DNA of 34,445 bases from a virus (IMGVR_UViG_2617271086_000002:1-34445); one strand, 5' to 3'. Positions 9,407 to 20,153 are shown, counted from the stretch's first letter. A program made the numbers and translations. Notes: a model not told the origin generated them from the sequence alone.

Positions 9407-9635
9407 TATCCTCTCTCCATTTCTCAATGCGCCGCTGGTTATCCGCTTTTACCGCCAGATGGTCATTCAAGAGAGCAATGTCGTACAAATCGACAGAGCC
9501 ATCTTTAAGTGCTGTATAAGGAATTAACCCGGCGTCAACCGGATTGAGAAGGTAAGACAGCCCGTCCGGCAGGCTGTTAAACGTCAGCCCTGTTGCAGGC
9601 TCTGCGCCGTGCTGGTAAGGGGTGTAGGCAAAAAA
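9396..9635 (-). other. Programmed -1 ribosomal frameshift site and GT-type extension of the tail assembly chaperone
   Basis: The mRNA heptamer U_UUU_UUG (plus 9629-9635) is in the zero frame as AAU UUU UUG, 15 codons before the stop. The -1 frame is then open for 77 codons (AYTPYQHGAEPATGLTFNSLPDGLSYLLNPVDAGLIPYTALKDGSVDLYDIALLNDHLAVKADNQRRIEKWREDNER) and stops at 9396-9398, just past the tape measure ATG. Confidence 0.6.
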
Positions 9636-10036
9636 TTTCCCAGCGAATCGGCGACCACCCGCGCCACCAGCTGCAGCATGGTTAGCAGGTCGATATCATC
9701 GAACATCAGCTGACCGCTGTTGAATACCGGCGTCCATCCGTCCATGTGCTTACGTGACACTACGGCCAGGCAAGGATGAATAATCGCACTGGTGTCATCT
9801 TCGGTCAGGGAAGACAGTTCCTCAGCGATACGCGGGAGCATGGTTTCAAACACCGGTTTTAACTGCTCGAATTTCACGGTGTCGATTTTGCCATCAGCAG
9901 GCAAACGGGAGCGAATGCTCCCGAAATCTGACATCATTCCTGCCAGCACAGGCAGAAGTTTGCGGGTCACTTTCAGCTGATCAAAAACGCTGAGTTTTGC
10001 CGCGCGATATTTCACGCCTTTGATTTCGAATTCCAT
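9584..10036 (-). CDS. Tail assembly chaperone (G-like product, zero frame)
   Basis: 150 aa ORF between the tail tube and tape measure genes. It contains the slippery heptamer near its 3' end. Confidence 0.65.
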   Translation of the reverse strand: MEFEIKGVKYRAAKLSVFDQLKVTRKLLPVLAGMMSDFGSIRSRLPADGKIDTVKFEQLKPVFETMLPRIAEELSSLTEDDTSAIIHPCLAVVSRKHMDGWTPVFNSGQLMFDDIDLLTMLQLVARVVADSLGNFLPTPLTSTAQSLQQG

Positions 10037-10039
10037 GTA

Positions 10040-10480
10040 TTAAAACTCCCCGAGAACCTGGTCAATCTTGCCGCAGTCAAACACCCACGGCATCGTATTA
10101 CCGGTTTTAGCGTTGGCATTATCCGGTTGTTTCTGGAACGCAACACTACGTGCCGTGATGATGTCGCCGCTGACCTTGTTTCGGATCACAATAACGTTAT
10201 TCCCCCATGTGGCAGAAGACTGGCTCTGTGCGTTATACGCCAGCGACAATTTTTTATTTGTCGGTGATGTCTTCAGAAGGTTAACGGTAATCGTCCCGCT
10301 TTTATCTGCATGGAGACTGTGCATCACTTCGCCATCAGCACCGATGGTCATGGTGTTTTTAGGGCCGCCCATCGCAACCACAATCCCCTCTTCAGAACTT
10401 GCAGAACCGTACCCGAGGTCAATCGAACCGGTCGGCCCGGTCAGCGTCGCAGTGACATCCATAAAAGAATAGGTAGACAT
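10040..10480 (-). CDS. Tail tube protein
   Basis: 146 aa ORF immediately downstream of the sheath gene. Confidence 0.65.
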   Translation of the reverse strand: MSTYSFMDVTATLTGPTGSIDLGYGSASSEEGIVVAMGGPKNTMTIGADGEVMHSLHADKSGTITVNLLKTSPTNKKLSLAYNAQSQSSATWGNNVIVIRNKVSGDIITARSVAFQKQPDNANAKTGNTMPWVFDCGKIDQVLGEF

Positions 10481-10490
10481 TCACTTCCCC

Positions 10491-11636
10491 TTAGCGAACA
10501 ACGTTAATCTGTACGTCAGCGTAATGAACCGCGCCTGCAAGTTTTATTGCAGCCTGAATCACCGGAGCCTTACGGGCTTCACGTTCTGATTGTGCCTGTT
10601 CATCCAGCGGCTGGGCGTATACGTAATAACCTTTGGGCAGCGTGTCACCTGATGACAACTGGCCAAGGTCGCCCCCGTTCCATACGCCCGGAGCAATCAG
10701 TCCATTCTGAACGGCCTGATCCAGTGATTTTTCAACATTTGATAACAGTCGGGTAATACCGGCTTCAGTCTGGGGAACTTTCGTGGCGCTGGTATAAAGC
10801 AGGTTATAGAGGTTGGTCTGCACATAATTCTGTAACCAGTCCAGGCCGTGGCGTTCATCAAAGAAATCGCCGTTAGCCATCACTCCCTGCTGGAGGATAG
10901 CTGTATCATTCTGGTAGTACACGAACACATTGCAGTTTTTTGCATCAAGTGCCGATGCCTGGCTGACTGTCAGTGTTTCATACCCGACACCCGGCTCCTG
11001 CTTAAACTTGAGCGTAATCGCGGTATTACTGCCATTGAAATTAACCGTGAATGCCCGGCCAAATGCAGATAACGCAGCGTATTTATTACCCGATGAATAC
11101 TGAATAAAACTGCGTGAATATCCGGCGGTTTTCAGTTTTGATGCCAAATCATCGCTGGATGCAGTCTGCAGGCATTTCTCATCGCTTGTCGTAATCGCCA
11201 GAATACGGCTTACAGAAGAGGATTCGATCGCCGCAGCCACTTTCAGCCAGTCTGCATCCGGAATATCTTCATCGTCTGCAATCCCCAGCCCATACCATGA
11301 AGTATAATCGAGCATGGCATTCACAGCCTGCTCCAGCGTCTCAGTCGTGGCCTGTTCGCTGTCTCCCTTCGTTTTCACCCAACGACCAACAAAAACCTCC
11401 TGAGGTTTCGGTGATTGTGAGAAAAACACCTGCGCAGCCTTATATTCTGGTGATTCCACGCCAAAATCTTTTCCAATATCTTCCGCGGCAGAATAACGAC
11501 GAATGCGCTCACTTACCGGAATGATTGTGGACGGGCCGAGAATGAGTAATGCACCAAAATTTCGCCCTGATGCTGCACGCGGCGACATGATCACATCAAC
11601 ATTAACAACGTTTGATACAGGCAAGCCCTGTGCCAT
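10491..11636 (-). CDS. Tail sheath protein (contractile tail)
   Basis: 381 aa ORF upstream of the tube gene; size and position fit a myovirus sheath. Confidence 0.7.
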   Translation of the reverse strand: MAQGLPVSNVVNVDVIMSPRAASGRNFGALLILGPSTIIPVSERIRRYSAAEDIGKDFGVESPEYKAAQVFFSQSPKPQEVFVGRWVKTKGDSEQATTETLEQAVNAMLDYTSWYGLGIADDEDIPDADWLKVAAAIESSSVSRILAITTSDEKCLQTASSDDLASKLKTAGYSRSFIQYSSGNKYAALSAFGRAFTVNFNGSNTAITLKFKQEPGVGYETLTVSQASALDAKNCNVFVYYQNDTAILQQGVMANGDFFDERHGLDWLQNYVQTNLYNLLYTSATKVPQTEAGITRLLSNVEKSLDQAVQNGLIAPGVWNGGDLGQLSSGDTLPKGYYVYAQPLDEQAQSEREARKAPVIQAAIKLAGAVHYADVQINVVR

Positions 11637-11639
11637 AGC

Positions 11640-12206
11640 TTAATCTCCGAAAAAGATGACTGGTGCTTCCACCAGCGATTTAATACCGTACTCGCGCACA
11701 ACCTTCCGGCGCAGACGCACCGTCATATCGTAGCGGCGGACCCATTGCTGATTAATAAGTTCAGGGAAGGGAGTCAGACCTGTGTAATCGCCAAGAGACA
11801 GCCCCAGCGCATTCAGTGCTGCATTGTTCTGCGGCACAGATATACCGTCACGAAACCGGGACGCATACACCATCCCCGCCGGTCCATAAAACGAAGCCAT
11901 ACACTCAATCGTTTCATGCCGCCAGAGCTGAGAGCCATCATCGGTCTGTCTGGTGAATGCCGGACTGTCATCACCTGACCATCCGATAACCCCAAACGCA
12001 CACCAGTTCGTTTCAACCGGTAGCAGTGGCGGCTGCTCTTTCTGCCAGCGCGGGCGAACCATCCCGGCAGACAGACCGGAAACGTTACGCATCCACTGGC
12101 TTAACAGCCTGTCGAGCGCTTCGTCATAATCCGGATCGCCACTGGTTGGTATTAACCATCCGCGCTCTGTACTGGTGTTATTGCTCAACCGGAGTTCCCC
12201 CATCAA
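11640..12206 (-). CDS. Virion protein (neck / tail completion, putative)
   Basis: 188 aa ORF between the head-tail joining genes and the sheath gene. Confidence 0.4.
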   Translation of the reverse strand: MMGELRLSNNTSTERGWLIPTSGDPDYDEALDRLLSQWMRNVSGLSAGMVRPRWQKEQPPLLPVETNWCAFGVIGWSGDDSPAFTRQTDDGSQLWRHETIECMASFYGPAGMVYASRFRDGISVPQNNAALNALGLSLGDYTGLTPFPELINQQWVRRYDMTVRLRRKVVREYGIKSLVEAPVIFFGD

Positions 12207-12567
12207 ACGGCATCAACTCACAATGCGCCTGAACGAATCCGGCCCCATAAGCTGTATACGGGTCGACGAAGGTCACACGATAATCACGGCCCTGATACGT
12301 CACGATATCGGCATCACGCCCAGTCTGTCCCTGCGTCAGTCGCTCAGTCGTCACAATCAGAATTGCACCGCTGATTACCTGCCCTGCCTGCATACGGCGG
12401 TTTTCCAGAGAGCGATCAACAGTTACGACTCCGGCAAACTGCTTTTTAACTTCACTGTCGCTACCGATCCCGTCCTCATCCACCGTTTGCACACGCCGTG
12501 TTACCCACAAATTGAAGTCGCAAAAATCGGGGTCAAAAAGCACATCTGTTACATCAAGAGTCGGCAT
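12178..12567 (-). CDS. Head-tail joining protein, putative
   Basis: 129 aa ORF in the head-tail connector block. Confidence 0.4.
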   Translation of the reverse strand: MPTLDVTDVLFDPDFCDFNLWVTRRVQTVDEDGIGSDSEVKKQFAGVVTVDRSLENRRMQAGQVISGAILIVTTERLTQGQTGRDADIVTYQGRDYRVTFVDPYTAYGAGFVQAHCELMPFDGGTPVEQ

Positions 12568-13108
12568 CTTTATTCCTCACAACATGGGTAATGGCTCTGC
12601 GATATTGCCCGGTGTCGATTAGCGGTTTCACCAGATCGGTTCCGGGGGACTCGCCAGCAGCGCGTCGGGCAAGCTCCGCTTTCGCCCCTTTACGCCCTCG
12701 ACGCGCGCGGGCTTCAACGGTGCTATCAGCAAGCGGTGTAAAGCCGGTAATAGTCATGTAACGCCTGACGCCATTAGCGGCCAGCGTTCCGGCACGGTTG
12801 AGCGCTCTTTCCGCACCCGCCGCATTACCATCAAGCGCAGCCTGCGCCGCTGCTTTGAGCTGCGGCACTGTCTGTTCTTCTACCGATTTAACGCCGGGGA
12901 CCAGGTGAGGTCGTGGCGGGATGTTTTGCGCCGGTGAGCCGTATTCGTTGAGGTAACCGATCCCGGCATTACCAAACGGAACATCCTCACGCTCGCTGTC
13001 TGCTTCCGGGATACCCACCAGCACTTCTTTTTTACTGATGGATTTGAGCGCATCCAGAATGGCCTGAGCGTTATCCACCCTCGTTGTTACACCGCTTTTG
13101 AAACTCAT
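12554..13108 (-). CDS. Head-tail connector / head completion protein, putative
   Basis: 184 aa ORF in the same block. Confidence 0.4.
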   Translation of the reverse strand: MSFKSGVTTRVDNAQAILDALKSISKKEVLVGIPEADSEREDVPFGNAGIGYLNEYGSPAQNIPPRPHLVPGVKSVEEQTVPQLKAAAQAALDGNAAGAERALNRAGTLAANGVRRYMTITGFTPLADSTVEARARRGRKGAKAELARRAAGESPGTDLVKPLIDTGQYRRAITHVVRNKDADS

Positions 13109-13512
13109 AGCTGGCGACCACCTGCACCGAACATCGTGATCAACTGATAAAATTCAGCGCCATATCGGGTGTTATTCCAGAAACCTGCATCAGGATTCAG
13201 CGTCGCGCTGGTGTCATAGCTGACGCTTACCTTGTCAACAGACTTGGAGGATTGAACACCATTGGTTGAACCGCCCGGGCCGCCAACCAGCATTGCCCGA
13301 CTATCTGCCGCCCATAGCGTCATGTAGTGAGCCACGAACAACTCGGCAAAGTACGGAAACAACTTTTTTCCGGTGACGTTTTCGCTCAGCAGTTCATCGG
13401 CCAGATTCAGACGAAACTGGATTTGCGCTTCGGGATATTTGGCAGGGTCAGCAAACTGCGGGAAGTCGCGGCGAAAATCACTTACCGCTGGCAGACTTTG
13501 ATTCTTTGGCAT
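13105..13512 (-). CDS. Head-associated protein (DUF4054-like), putative
   Basis: 135 aa ORF downstream of the major capsid gene. Confidence 0.4.
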   Translation of the reverse strand: MPKNQSLPAVSDFRRDFPQFADPAKYPEAQIQFRLNLADELLSENVTGKKLFPYFAELFVAHYMTLWAADSRAMLVGGPGGSTNGVQSSKSVDKVSVSYDTSATLNPDAGFWNNTRYGAEFYQLITMFGAGGRQL

Positions 13513-13699
13513 TTTTTACCTCGTTACGCGCGTCTGTGGCTTTGCCAACGGATACTTCCGCGTGCGCACGAGTGAACCAGTGCGTGGCAACTTCTTCCTC
13601 CACAGCATGACGGCCTTTAACAAACTCGCGCCGTGAACCGTCGGGAAGCGTGAGCACAAACGGGGTATGTACGTGTATTACTGCATTATTTTTTGCCAT
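13478..13699 (-). CDS. Small hypothetical protein
   Basis: 73 aa ORF with an AAGGA ribosome-binding site 8 nt upstream of the ATG at 13697-13699. It overlaps the downstream gene by 35 nt. Confidence 0.4.
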   Translation of the reverse strand: MAKNNAVIHVHTPFVLTLPDGSRREFVKGRHAVEEEVATHWFTRAHAEVSVGKATDARNEVKNAKESKSASGK

Positions 13700-13714
13700 C
13701 GGGTCATCCTTAAT

Positions 13715-13732
13715 GGCCCCCGCCAGGGGGCC
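13715..13732 (-). other. Strong GC hairpin immediately 3' of the major capsid gene (no U-tract)
   Basis: GGCCCCC-gcca-GGGGGCC, a perfect 7 bp stem beginning 10 nt after the capsid stop codon. Confidence 0.5.
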
Positions 13733-13741
13733 ATGTGGCTG

Positions 13742-14683
13742 TTAAATGCCATCAACGTACGAAATGGTTTCTTTGTACACTGGCTCAACCGCACCCAGCT
13801 TGCCGTAGTAAGTGACGATCTGATACAGACTGCGATACTGCACCGGCACGCTCTGAAGCGGAACCAGCGGGTAGCGGACGTATTTTTTATCGTTGGTATA
13901 CGCAACCATGCGATCCTTTTTCCCCACACCACGGCCTTTCAGCCATTTAACCGCGCGGATATTCAGCGGAACACCGTTCTGGTGATAGCTGATGGTGTTG
14001 GTCTGAAGGTACGTCAACAGGGACTGGTTACCCGCAGATGAAACGATGATGCTGGACAACAGAGCAAACTGCTCAGGTGGGATCAGCAAATCACTCGGAA
14101 CCACAGAGTAACCGGAAGCGGCCCACGCATCAGACAGCACCTGGTTAATGCTTGCGCGGATTTCGTCCGGTGTTGAGGTTGCCCACGTTTTGGCAGCGTT
14201 GTTGACAGGCACGCCGTCCAGGGTAACAAGGCCTTTCAGGTTTAATGCTGAATCGCCAACATATACCTGTTCATCGTTATCCATCTGCCATTTCAGTTGC
14301 ATCCCGTCATACTTCTGCGTATCGATCGGGCGTCCGACCTGCTGAGCAGCCTGCAATTCTATGACCGTCCAGCCAAGTTCCATCCCCCACAGGTTCAGCG
14401 GGTTACCGGATTTGCCGATATCCACGTTCACGCCAGCAATAGCGGTTGAGTCTTTGCCTACCCAGTTTTTGCCATTCGGATTTGCGCCAGTACCCGCAGC
14501 GGCGAAGCTGGTATTCGTCCAGCTGGAAATGTCATCTGCGATGGAGACATCTTCACGCAGTTGGATATCGCGGGTCCAGGTGTACCCCACTAGTGGCAGG
14601 TTCAGCGTCTGGTCTAGTCGTTCCAGCTCCCCGATGAGAAAGGCACCAGAGCTGTCAACGGTTGCCTGATCAAAAGTAATCAT
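13742..14683 (-). CDS. Major capsid protein
   Basis: 313 aa ORF following the scaffold and decoration-like genes. Confidence 0.7.
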   Translation of the reverse strand: MITFDQATVDSSGAFLIGELERLDQTLNLPLVGYTWTRDIQLREDVSIADDISSWTNTSFAAAGTGANPNGKNWVGKDSTAIAGVNVDIGKSGNPLNLWGMELGWTVIELQAAQQVGRPIDTQKYDGMQLKWQMDNDEQVYVGDSALNLKGLVTLDGVPVNNAAKTWATSTPDEIRASINQVLSDAWAASGYSVVPSDLLIPPEQFALLSSIIVSSAGNQSLLTYLQTNTISYHQNGVPLNIRAVKWLKGRGVGKKDRMVAYTNDKKYVRYPLVPLQSVPVQYRSLYQIVTYYGKLGAVEPVYKETISYVDGI

Positions 14684-14694
14684 TCGTCTGTTCC

Positions 14695-15198
14695 TTAAAT
14701 CTTCCAGGAAATTTCTGCATTGCCGTTAGCATCACCGGCACCTGTGAATTCAGCGTTGGTCAGCACCACGTTTTTGCCACTGACTGACGTGGCCATGAAT
14801 CCACCCAGCGGCACTTTGATGGATCCATCAGTGGAGACGACAACGTATACCGGGTCGCCTTTTTTGATGGTGCTGGCATCAAAATCAGAACCGAGATTAA
14901 CGGTCACGTAGCCACGCTTCATGGCGTCGCCCGGGAAGTTCTTGCCACTCCCCACCTGGCGAACCATGTCCGGCTGCGACGTGGTCGGATAAGGGCGCAC
15001 ATAGATCCCCTTCACCTTGTCTGCGGTATCACCATCTGCCAGCGGTACGAAAAAACCGTCAGCATCGTATTTACCAGCCAGCCCATAGGCAGCAAAGGCG
15101 TTATCGGATTTAAGGACCACCGGTTCGACGGTTAAGTCCTGCGGGCGAGAGATAGCCCCGGCAATGCCAACAGGCATCCGGTACAGATATGCAGTCAT
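14695..15198 (-). CDS. Head structural / decoration-like protein (DUF2190-like)
   Basis: 167 aa ORF immediately upstream of the major capsid gene. Confidence 0.5.
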   Translation of the reverse strand: MTAYLYRMPVGIAGAISRPQDLTVEPVVLKSDNAFAAYGLAGKYDADGFFVPLADGDTADKVKGIYVRPYPTTSQPDMVRQVGSGKNFPGDAMKRGYVTVNLGSDFDASTIKKGDPVYVVVSTDGSIKVPLGGFMATSVSGKNVVLTNAEFTGAGDANGNAEISWKI

Positions 15199-15202
15199 TG
15201 GA

Positions 15203-16423
15203 TTATCCTTTGCGGTTAGACCAGAATTCGGCGTTTTGTTTGTTCAGGGAAGCGATGCTGGTCATGCCCATATTTTGGCGTTGTGCATCGCCCATGGTGG
15301 TACGGGTGTTTCGCCCTTTGGCAATCTCTGACACGGCATTAAACGCCATGTTGACCGATTGTTTCGGTAATTTGCGGATATCCGCATCACCGACTATCTG
15401 GCGAACCAGCGTTTTGTCAGCAGAAGCCAGAACCTCGCGTTTGAACGCGGTCGGTTTCATCTTACGGCTCAGATCGATACCCGGAACGATAACTTCGGCA
15501 CGCCAGGCTGAGTCACCAGTAATCGTGGTTTCCTCTTCATCGTCCTCGCCGTCACCGGTCGGATTATCGTCAGGCTTATTGTCGTTATCGCCCGTCGCAT
15601 TTCCTTCCAGCTTAGCCAGCAGGGCTTTCAGTAATGTTTTGAGGTCATCATCACTGTCGCCGGTTGGACCTCCACCCATCTCTGGTGCTTTGTCCGGTAG
15701 TGGTTGCTGCGGGGACAGGTTGATGTTGAGATTAACGCCCTGCGGCAAATCCCCCTCATCTCCTGTAACCGATGCGGGAGCCGACTCCACCAGTTCGTTC
15801 ATGGTGTCGGCATCTCCTGTCTTGATGGCTGCACGCATGCGGTTCCACCAGTTTTTCTTTTGATTTGCCATTGTGTCTCTGTCTCCAATTGCACAACGAT
15901 TTCCGGCTCTGCCTTTGGGGACAAGAGCCACATGGTTTCCGGTAATATCGACCTGCTCGGCTTTACCTGGTTCGGTCTGCTCGTACTCCGCGTCATAGCC
16001 GCACGACACTTCACGCAGGCCATCTTCGATAAGCTGAATGGCGTTTTCGTCTTTGACGATAAGGTCAGCCAGCATCAAATCAGACTGCTCACCCGTCCCG
16101 CGCCGGACATTCTGGAGGTGCCCGACCGCAAGCTCTTTCCAGTTCTCGGGATTTACCAGCCGCACATTCCCGTTTTCATCTTCAGGATGCAGGATCGTGA
16201 TGCTCATCCCTTCGAATGAGGCGAGCGTGGCCGGATGGAATACCTGCTCAGGAGAACGCGTTACGACTATCTCACCGAGCTTGTCGGGTTTGAGGTTTGG
16301 CAGATCGGCAGCGCCGTAGAGCTGCTTACCCGTTCGACCTATCGGCACGTCTTTGCACAGCAGCGAGCCGTCAGCCAGCTGATAGCGGGTTTCCCCCAGC
16401 CGGGTATTGAAAAAATATTTCAT
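15203..16423 (-). CDS. Head scaffold / maturation protease (DUF2213-like) with an acidic low-complexity linker
   Basis: 406 aa ORF with an internal Asp/Glu/Gly-rich segment (..TGDNDNKPDDNPTGDGEDDEEETT..), located between the head-morphogenesis and capsid genes. Confidence 0.55.
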   Translation of the reverse strand: MKYFFNTRLGETRYQLADGSLLCKDVPIGRTGKQLYGAADLPNLKPDKLGEIVVTRSPEQVFHPATLASFEGMSITILHPEDENGNVRLVNPENWKELAVGHLQNVRRGTGEQSDLMLADLIVKDENAIQLIEDGLREVSCGYDAEYEQTEPGKAEQVDITGNHVALVPKGRAGNRCAIGDRDTMANQKKNWWNRMRAAIKTGDADTMNELVESAPASVTGDEGDLPQGVNLNINLSPQQPLPDKAPEMGGGPTGDSDDDLKTLLKALLAKLEGNATGDNDNKPDDNPTGDGEDDEEETTITGDSAWRAEVIVPGIDLSRKMKPTAFKREVLASADKTLVRQIVGDADIRKLPKQSVNMAFNAVSEIAKGRNTRTTMGDAQRQNMGMTSIASLNKQNAEFWSNRKG

Positions 16424-16437
16424 GGTTTACCTGCGAT

Positions 16438-17211
16438 TCAGGCGAGATAAGAATGAGGGTTGGGAAAAACGATTTCTTTATAACAGCGACAATTCGGGAG
16501 CTCGCCAGCGTGACCGGTCATGCCATCAAGCGTTGGAGGTTTGCCCCATTCGACAAACTTACCTTCCATCTCCCGATGAGAATGCCGGACGTCGCCATCT
16601 TCGGCTGTACGCCAGATATAACCATTCGAGCCGATTGACAGCGCACGCGCCTGATCCAGCGCGCCGGTTGCACGTCCAAGCTCGGTACGGGCGATAAGGT
16701 TCGCTCGTGAGCGTGACACGTCACCGGACGCTGCTATCTCTTTCGCGAATGGTTCAGCGCGGCCACCAGACACAACGGCCTCGATGGCCTTGTTCTGAAT
16801 GTCATACACCCGATCGGCGGCCTCAAGAGGCAGTGACTTGATGTACTTAATTTGCTCGGCGACGATGGATTTCATCACCTGGCCTACCGGGGCGCGGTCG
16901 ACCATGTTGCGCAGCTCTGCGCTGATGTTCCGGCTATGCTGACGCCACTGCTTTTCATTCTGGCGTGCAATGTCGGCGGTAAAGTTCTCAGCAACCTTCG
17001 TCGCCCAGGGGGTGATGATTTCGCTGTAGCGCTCCAGCGCATCCATTATTTCGGTGACACTGTCATTTGAACCATCGTAGCGACCATTTACGATATCCCC
17101 GACCGCCCGCGCTATCTGCCGTAGGCTCGTTCGATATCGGATTTCCGCCTGGCGACTCTGGCGGTTTGTCGCCAAGTTCGCCGATGCCTGGCGGCGCTTC
17201 GTCTTCGGCAT
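16438..17211 (-). CDS. Head morphogenesis protein (Mu gpF / SPP1 gp7 family). The true start may be the ATG near 17046.
   Basis: 257 aa ORF downstream of the portal gene, with a conserved C-terminal region (..HSHREMEGKFVEW..PNCRC). Confidence 0.65.
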   Translation of the reverse strand: MPKTKRRQASANLATNRQSRQAEIRYRTSLRQIARAVGDIVNGRYDGSNDSVTEIMDALERYSEIITPWATKVAENFTADIARQNEKQWRQHSRNISAELRNMVDRAPVGQVMKSIVAEQIKYIKSLPLEAADRVYDIQNKAIEAVVSGGRAEPFAKEIAASGDVSRSRANLIARTELGRATGALDQARALSIGSNGYIWRTAEDGDVRHSHREMEGKFVEWGKPPTLDGMTGHAGELPNCRCYKEIVFPNPHSYLA

Positions 17212-18529
17212 TCTCTATGTCCTCGTCGGTAATGGATGCCCCGATGCCGGTTACGTCAGAATTTTCGCGCAAATCGGTCATAGCGGCTTTCAGTGTCATC
17301 AGACCATCACCCAGCGCCGTACTGATTGCGTTAGTAGTGTTTAACGCCACCGTTGAGCGATCGACATCAGACATTTGCCAGAGCGGGTTAAACTCAAACG
17401 TGAAATCGTCCGGCAGCGGCTTACCGAGTTCCGAGCGGTGCATAATGTCCAGTATCCGGCGCATCGGCATCCGTAAGCGGCGCTCCTGCAATGAACTCAC
17501 CCGGTCATAATAGTTGGCGAGGTCTGCGTCACCAGTTGAGAAGCCTTTCGGGGATTGACCAAACAGGCGTACCAGCGGGATGCCGACGGCACCGCTGATC
17601 TGCTCAGCGAACTGCGAAAGAATGTCATCCAGACCACTGAAGCTGTACTGGTGGGTTTCGAAAGTATCTTCTGAATCCATCAGCGTCATGCCTTCATTGC
17701 TCTGGAACTGGCGGATCAGATCGATGTTCTTCAGCAGCGCTTCGAACGCGGGACCACCCAGCGCAATAAGTTCACGGAGTTTTTTCACTTTGTAGGTACG
17801 CAGATGCGCTTTGTAGACCAGCTGCGCCGCGCCGACAGTGGCGCTGTCGAACGCAGTAAGCCGATCCCAGATTCGCTCTACAACCGACATTCCCCATTCG
17901 TTCTCGGTCATCTTCTGCTGGAATGGCAGCGTGACGCCATCGAAGCGAATCAGGCGGCTGTGATGGATGCGCCAGGCCGGGATGCCCGTTGCAGTGGTCA
18001 CCACGTCGTAAAACTCAGGTTTGCCGAGATCTGGCCCCATCTCTTTAATGCGGCGGGTCAGCACCGGGTTAATCATCCAGCGGTCGAGCGGGAGAATGCC
18101 CTTAAACTTGCCTTCTCCAATGGTTTCGAGCCGCAGCGGGGTCATTGGTGCCTGCCCCTCAATCATGATGAAGCCAACCGCACCGCCATAGAGACGCGAC
18201 CATTTCAGCACGTCATTCAGCGCATCCCAGATTTGCAACTCATCCAGTTGTGATTCGAGAATGCCGCGATCTTTTGCATCAATTTCCGAAGTGATGCGAA
18301 TGCCTTTGCGGGTCATATCATCCGGGATAGCGTCGACCGCTTCGCCGATAATCCAGGACGAACGATAGGACCATTCCACCAGCATGCGGTTACGACTGGT
18401 GAAATTAGCCCGGTAGGTGGATGCTGAGTGCTGGTTAGGTGTCTGCATCCCCACGCGGGCAACAAAGTTCTCATAGCCATCAGCGGTGGCCTGTGCCGTT
18501 CGCCGCGTGGCTTGTTTGTTTCGTGCCAT
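17063..18529 (-). CDS. Portal protein
   Basis: 488 aa ORF immediately downstream of TerL (start/stop abutting at 18529), with an acidic C-terminal tail. Confidence 0.7.
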   Translation of the reverse strand: MARNKQATRRTAQATADGYENFVARVGMQTPNQHSASTYRANFTSRNRMLVEWSYRSSWIIGEAVDAIPDDMTRKGIRITSEIDAKDRGILESQLDELQIWDALNDVLKWSRLYGGAVGFIMIEGQAPMTPLRLETIGEGKFKGILPLDRWMINPVLTRRIKEMGPDLGKPEFYDVVTTATGIPAWRIHHSRLIRFDGVTLPFQQKMTENEWGMSVVERIWDRLTAFDSATVGAAQLVYKAHLRTYKVKKLRELIALGGPAFEALLKNIDLIRQFQSNEGMTLMDSEDTFETHQYSFSGLDDILSQFAEQISGAVGIPLVRLFGQSPKGFSTGDADLANYYDRVSSLQERRLRMPMRRILDIMHRSELGKPLPDDFTFEFNPLWQMSDVDRSTVALNTTNAISTALGDGLMTLKAAMTDLRENSDVTGIGASITDEDIENAEDEAPPGIGELGDKPPESPGGNPISNEPTADSAGGRGYRKWSLRWFK

Positions 18530-20151
18530 CAGGCCTGTCTCCCTAGCAGCTCCCAGATGTTCAGGGCTGAATTCGTTGGCGCGTAGCTGATCATCACCGA
18601 GTCGGCAAGGTTTGGCGACCGGGTTCCATCAGGCTGTTTATCAATAACGATTTTTCCCACACCATTAATGGAATAGGTCGGCTGCGAAAGCTCGATGATG
18701 AGTTTATCTTTGAGTGCCATGCTACTGCTGATTGAGATGATTTCGTCCGGGTTGTAGGCCATGCCCTCAACCACGGCGCGATAGGTGTTCTGGAAAAGCT
18801 TGCGTAGCCACCACCAGCTCTGGGCCTTGGCGTTGGCGAAGAAGTCCTTGTTCAGGCGTGCGGCCTGTCCGTTGTCCCCGCGCACCGCTTCATCGTCCGG
18901 ATCAAATACCGCGCCACTACCTCGAAACGGTGTGGCGAGTATTGACGGTCGGCGCGCAGCGTTACGCAGTTCGTTGATAGCGCGTGCATCGCCGCGAACG
19001 CCAGCGCCCAGCCCGTCCTCGTCAAAGCGAAACTCTTCGAGGTTGTCCTGTTCGCAAAAACCGAAGACCTTCTCGACGGACTGATAAATGTCGCTGCCCA
19101 CACCAGACCATTCCCGCACATTTTCCAGGAGGAAGCCATGACGGGTGGAAAAGGCATTTTTGTCCCTGCCTTCATCAGCGACATCCATCGCGCCAAGTCG
19201 TTTGCCTGTTGGCTGGATACCCAGTTTGATATGCGCATCAACGGCAGCCTGTACCCATTCGGATGGAATCAGGACGCCTTCCGCTGATGCGCTGTAGTTC
19301 AGATCAAGTTCCTGTGCCACCACCACCGGATTATCGATTTTCTCGCATTCCCTGCGATACCACTCTTCATCCTTGCGAGGATCATCCCGCCAGTGGAATG
19401 TGAATACCGGTATCTTCCCGCCGTGACGCTTCTGCGCGAACGGGTTCGCCATGCCGTTAACCGAACTCAGGTCGATACGGCAACGCGTCGTTTGTGACAA
19501 CGCCGCATCAATCAGCAGAGGACGCTGAAGGAATGCAGCCTCATCAACCAGATAAAGCGTGGTACGGTCACCACGACCAATATTATCGCCAGCCTCGCCT
19601 TTGATAACGGCACCAGTTTCAGGAAACTCAACACGCATATATGGCGCGTGCTTCTTCTCGCTCCACGAACCGCGAAACTCTACAGGCAGTGTTTCCACGA
19701 ACTTGCGCGCCTTCCAGAACAATGCTTTCGGGTCACCGGTGCTGTCGACGTATTCCTCTTTACGGGAGCCGAAACCGATAACCATTTCTTTGTTGAAGAG
19801 ACAAAGCGAGCAGGCCAGTCCGATCGCGGTCCAACTGAGCCCCATTTCACGGGATTTTTCGGTAATACCATTCTCCCGATTGCCCCAGCGTTCCATAATC
19901 CAGTGGATCCACTCCTCCTGCTTAGGGAATAGTAAAAACGGAATGGTCACCGGCAGGCCATAATCAATATTACGCGGGTCCGTTGTCATGCCCCAGTCGA
20001 TGATGAACTGAGCCGGATTGGTTCGGTAAAACTGTTTTAGTGCAGGCAATATTTCAGGATTCTGGCGAATGCGCTGTAGGCGTTCCATCCGCCATTCAAA
20101 AACCATCTGGTAATCAGGATGTTTAAAATCGAAGGGGAATGGTAACGGCAT
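18529..20151 (-). CDS. Terminase large subunit (TerL)
   Basis: 540 aa ORF following TerS, with ATPase-like and nuclease-like regions. Confidence 0.85.
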   Translation of the reverse strand: MPLPFPFDFKHPDYQMVFEWRMERLQRIRQNPEILPALKQFYRTNPAQFIIDWGMTTDPRNIDYGLPVTIPFLLFPKQEEWIHWIMERWGNRENGITEKSREMGLSWTAIGLACSLCLFNKEMVIGFGSRKEEYVDSTGDPKALFWKARKFVETLPVEFRGSWSEKKHAPYMRVEFPETGAVIKGEAGDNIGRGDRTTLYLVDEAAFLQRPLLIDAALSQTTRCRIDLSSVNGMANPFAQKRHGGKIPVFTFHWRDDPRKDEEWYRRECEKIDNPVVVAQELDLNYSASAEGVLIPSEWVQAAVDAHIKLGIQPTGKRLGAMDVADEGRDKNAFSTRHGFLLENVREWSGVGSDIYQSVEKVFGFCEQDNLEEFRFDEDGLGAGVRGDARAINELRNAARRPSILATPFRGSGAVFDPDDEAVRGDNGQAARLNKDFFANAKAQSWWWLRKLFQNTYRAVVEGMAYNPDEIISISSSMALKDKLIIELSQPTYSINGVGKIVIDKQPDGTRSPNLADSVMISYAPTNSALNIWELLGRQA

Positions 20152-20153
20152 AC

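Noticed and set aside
9407-9427. TTG start for the tape measure gene at 9427
   Set aside because: The in-frame ATG at 9404-9406 is preceded by a strong GGAGAGAGG site, so the TTG is likely an artefact of permissive start calling.
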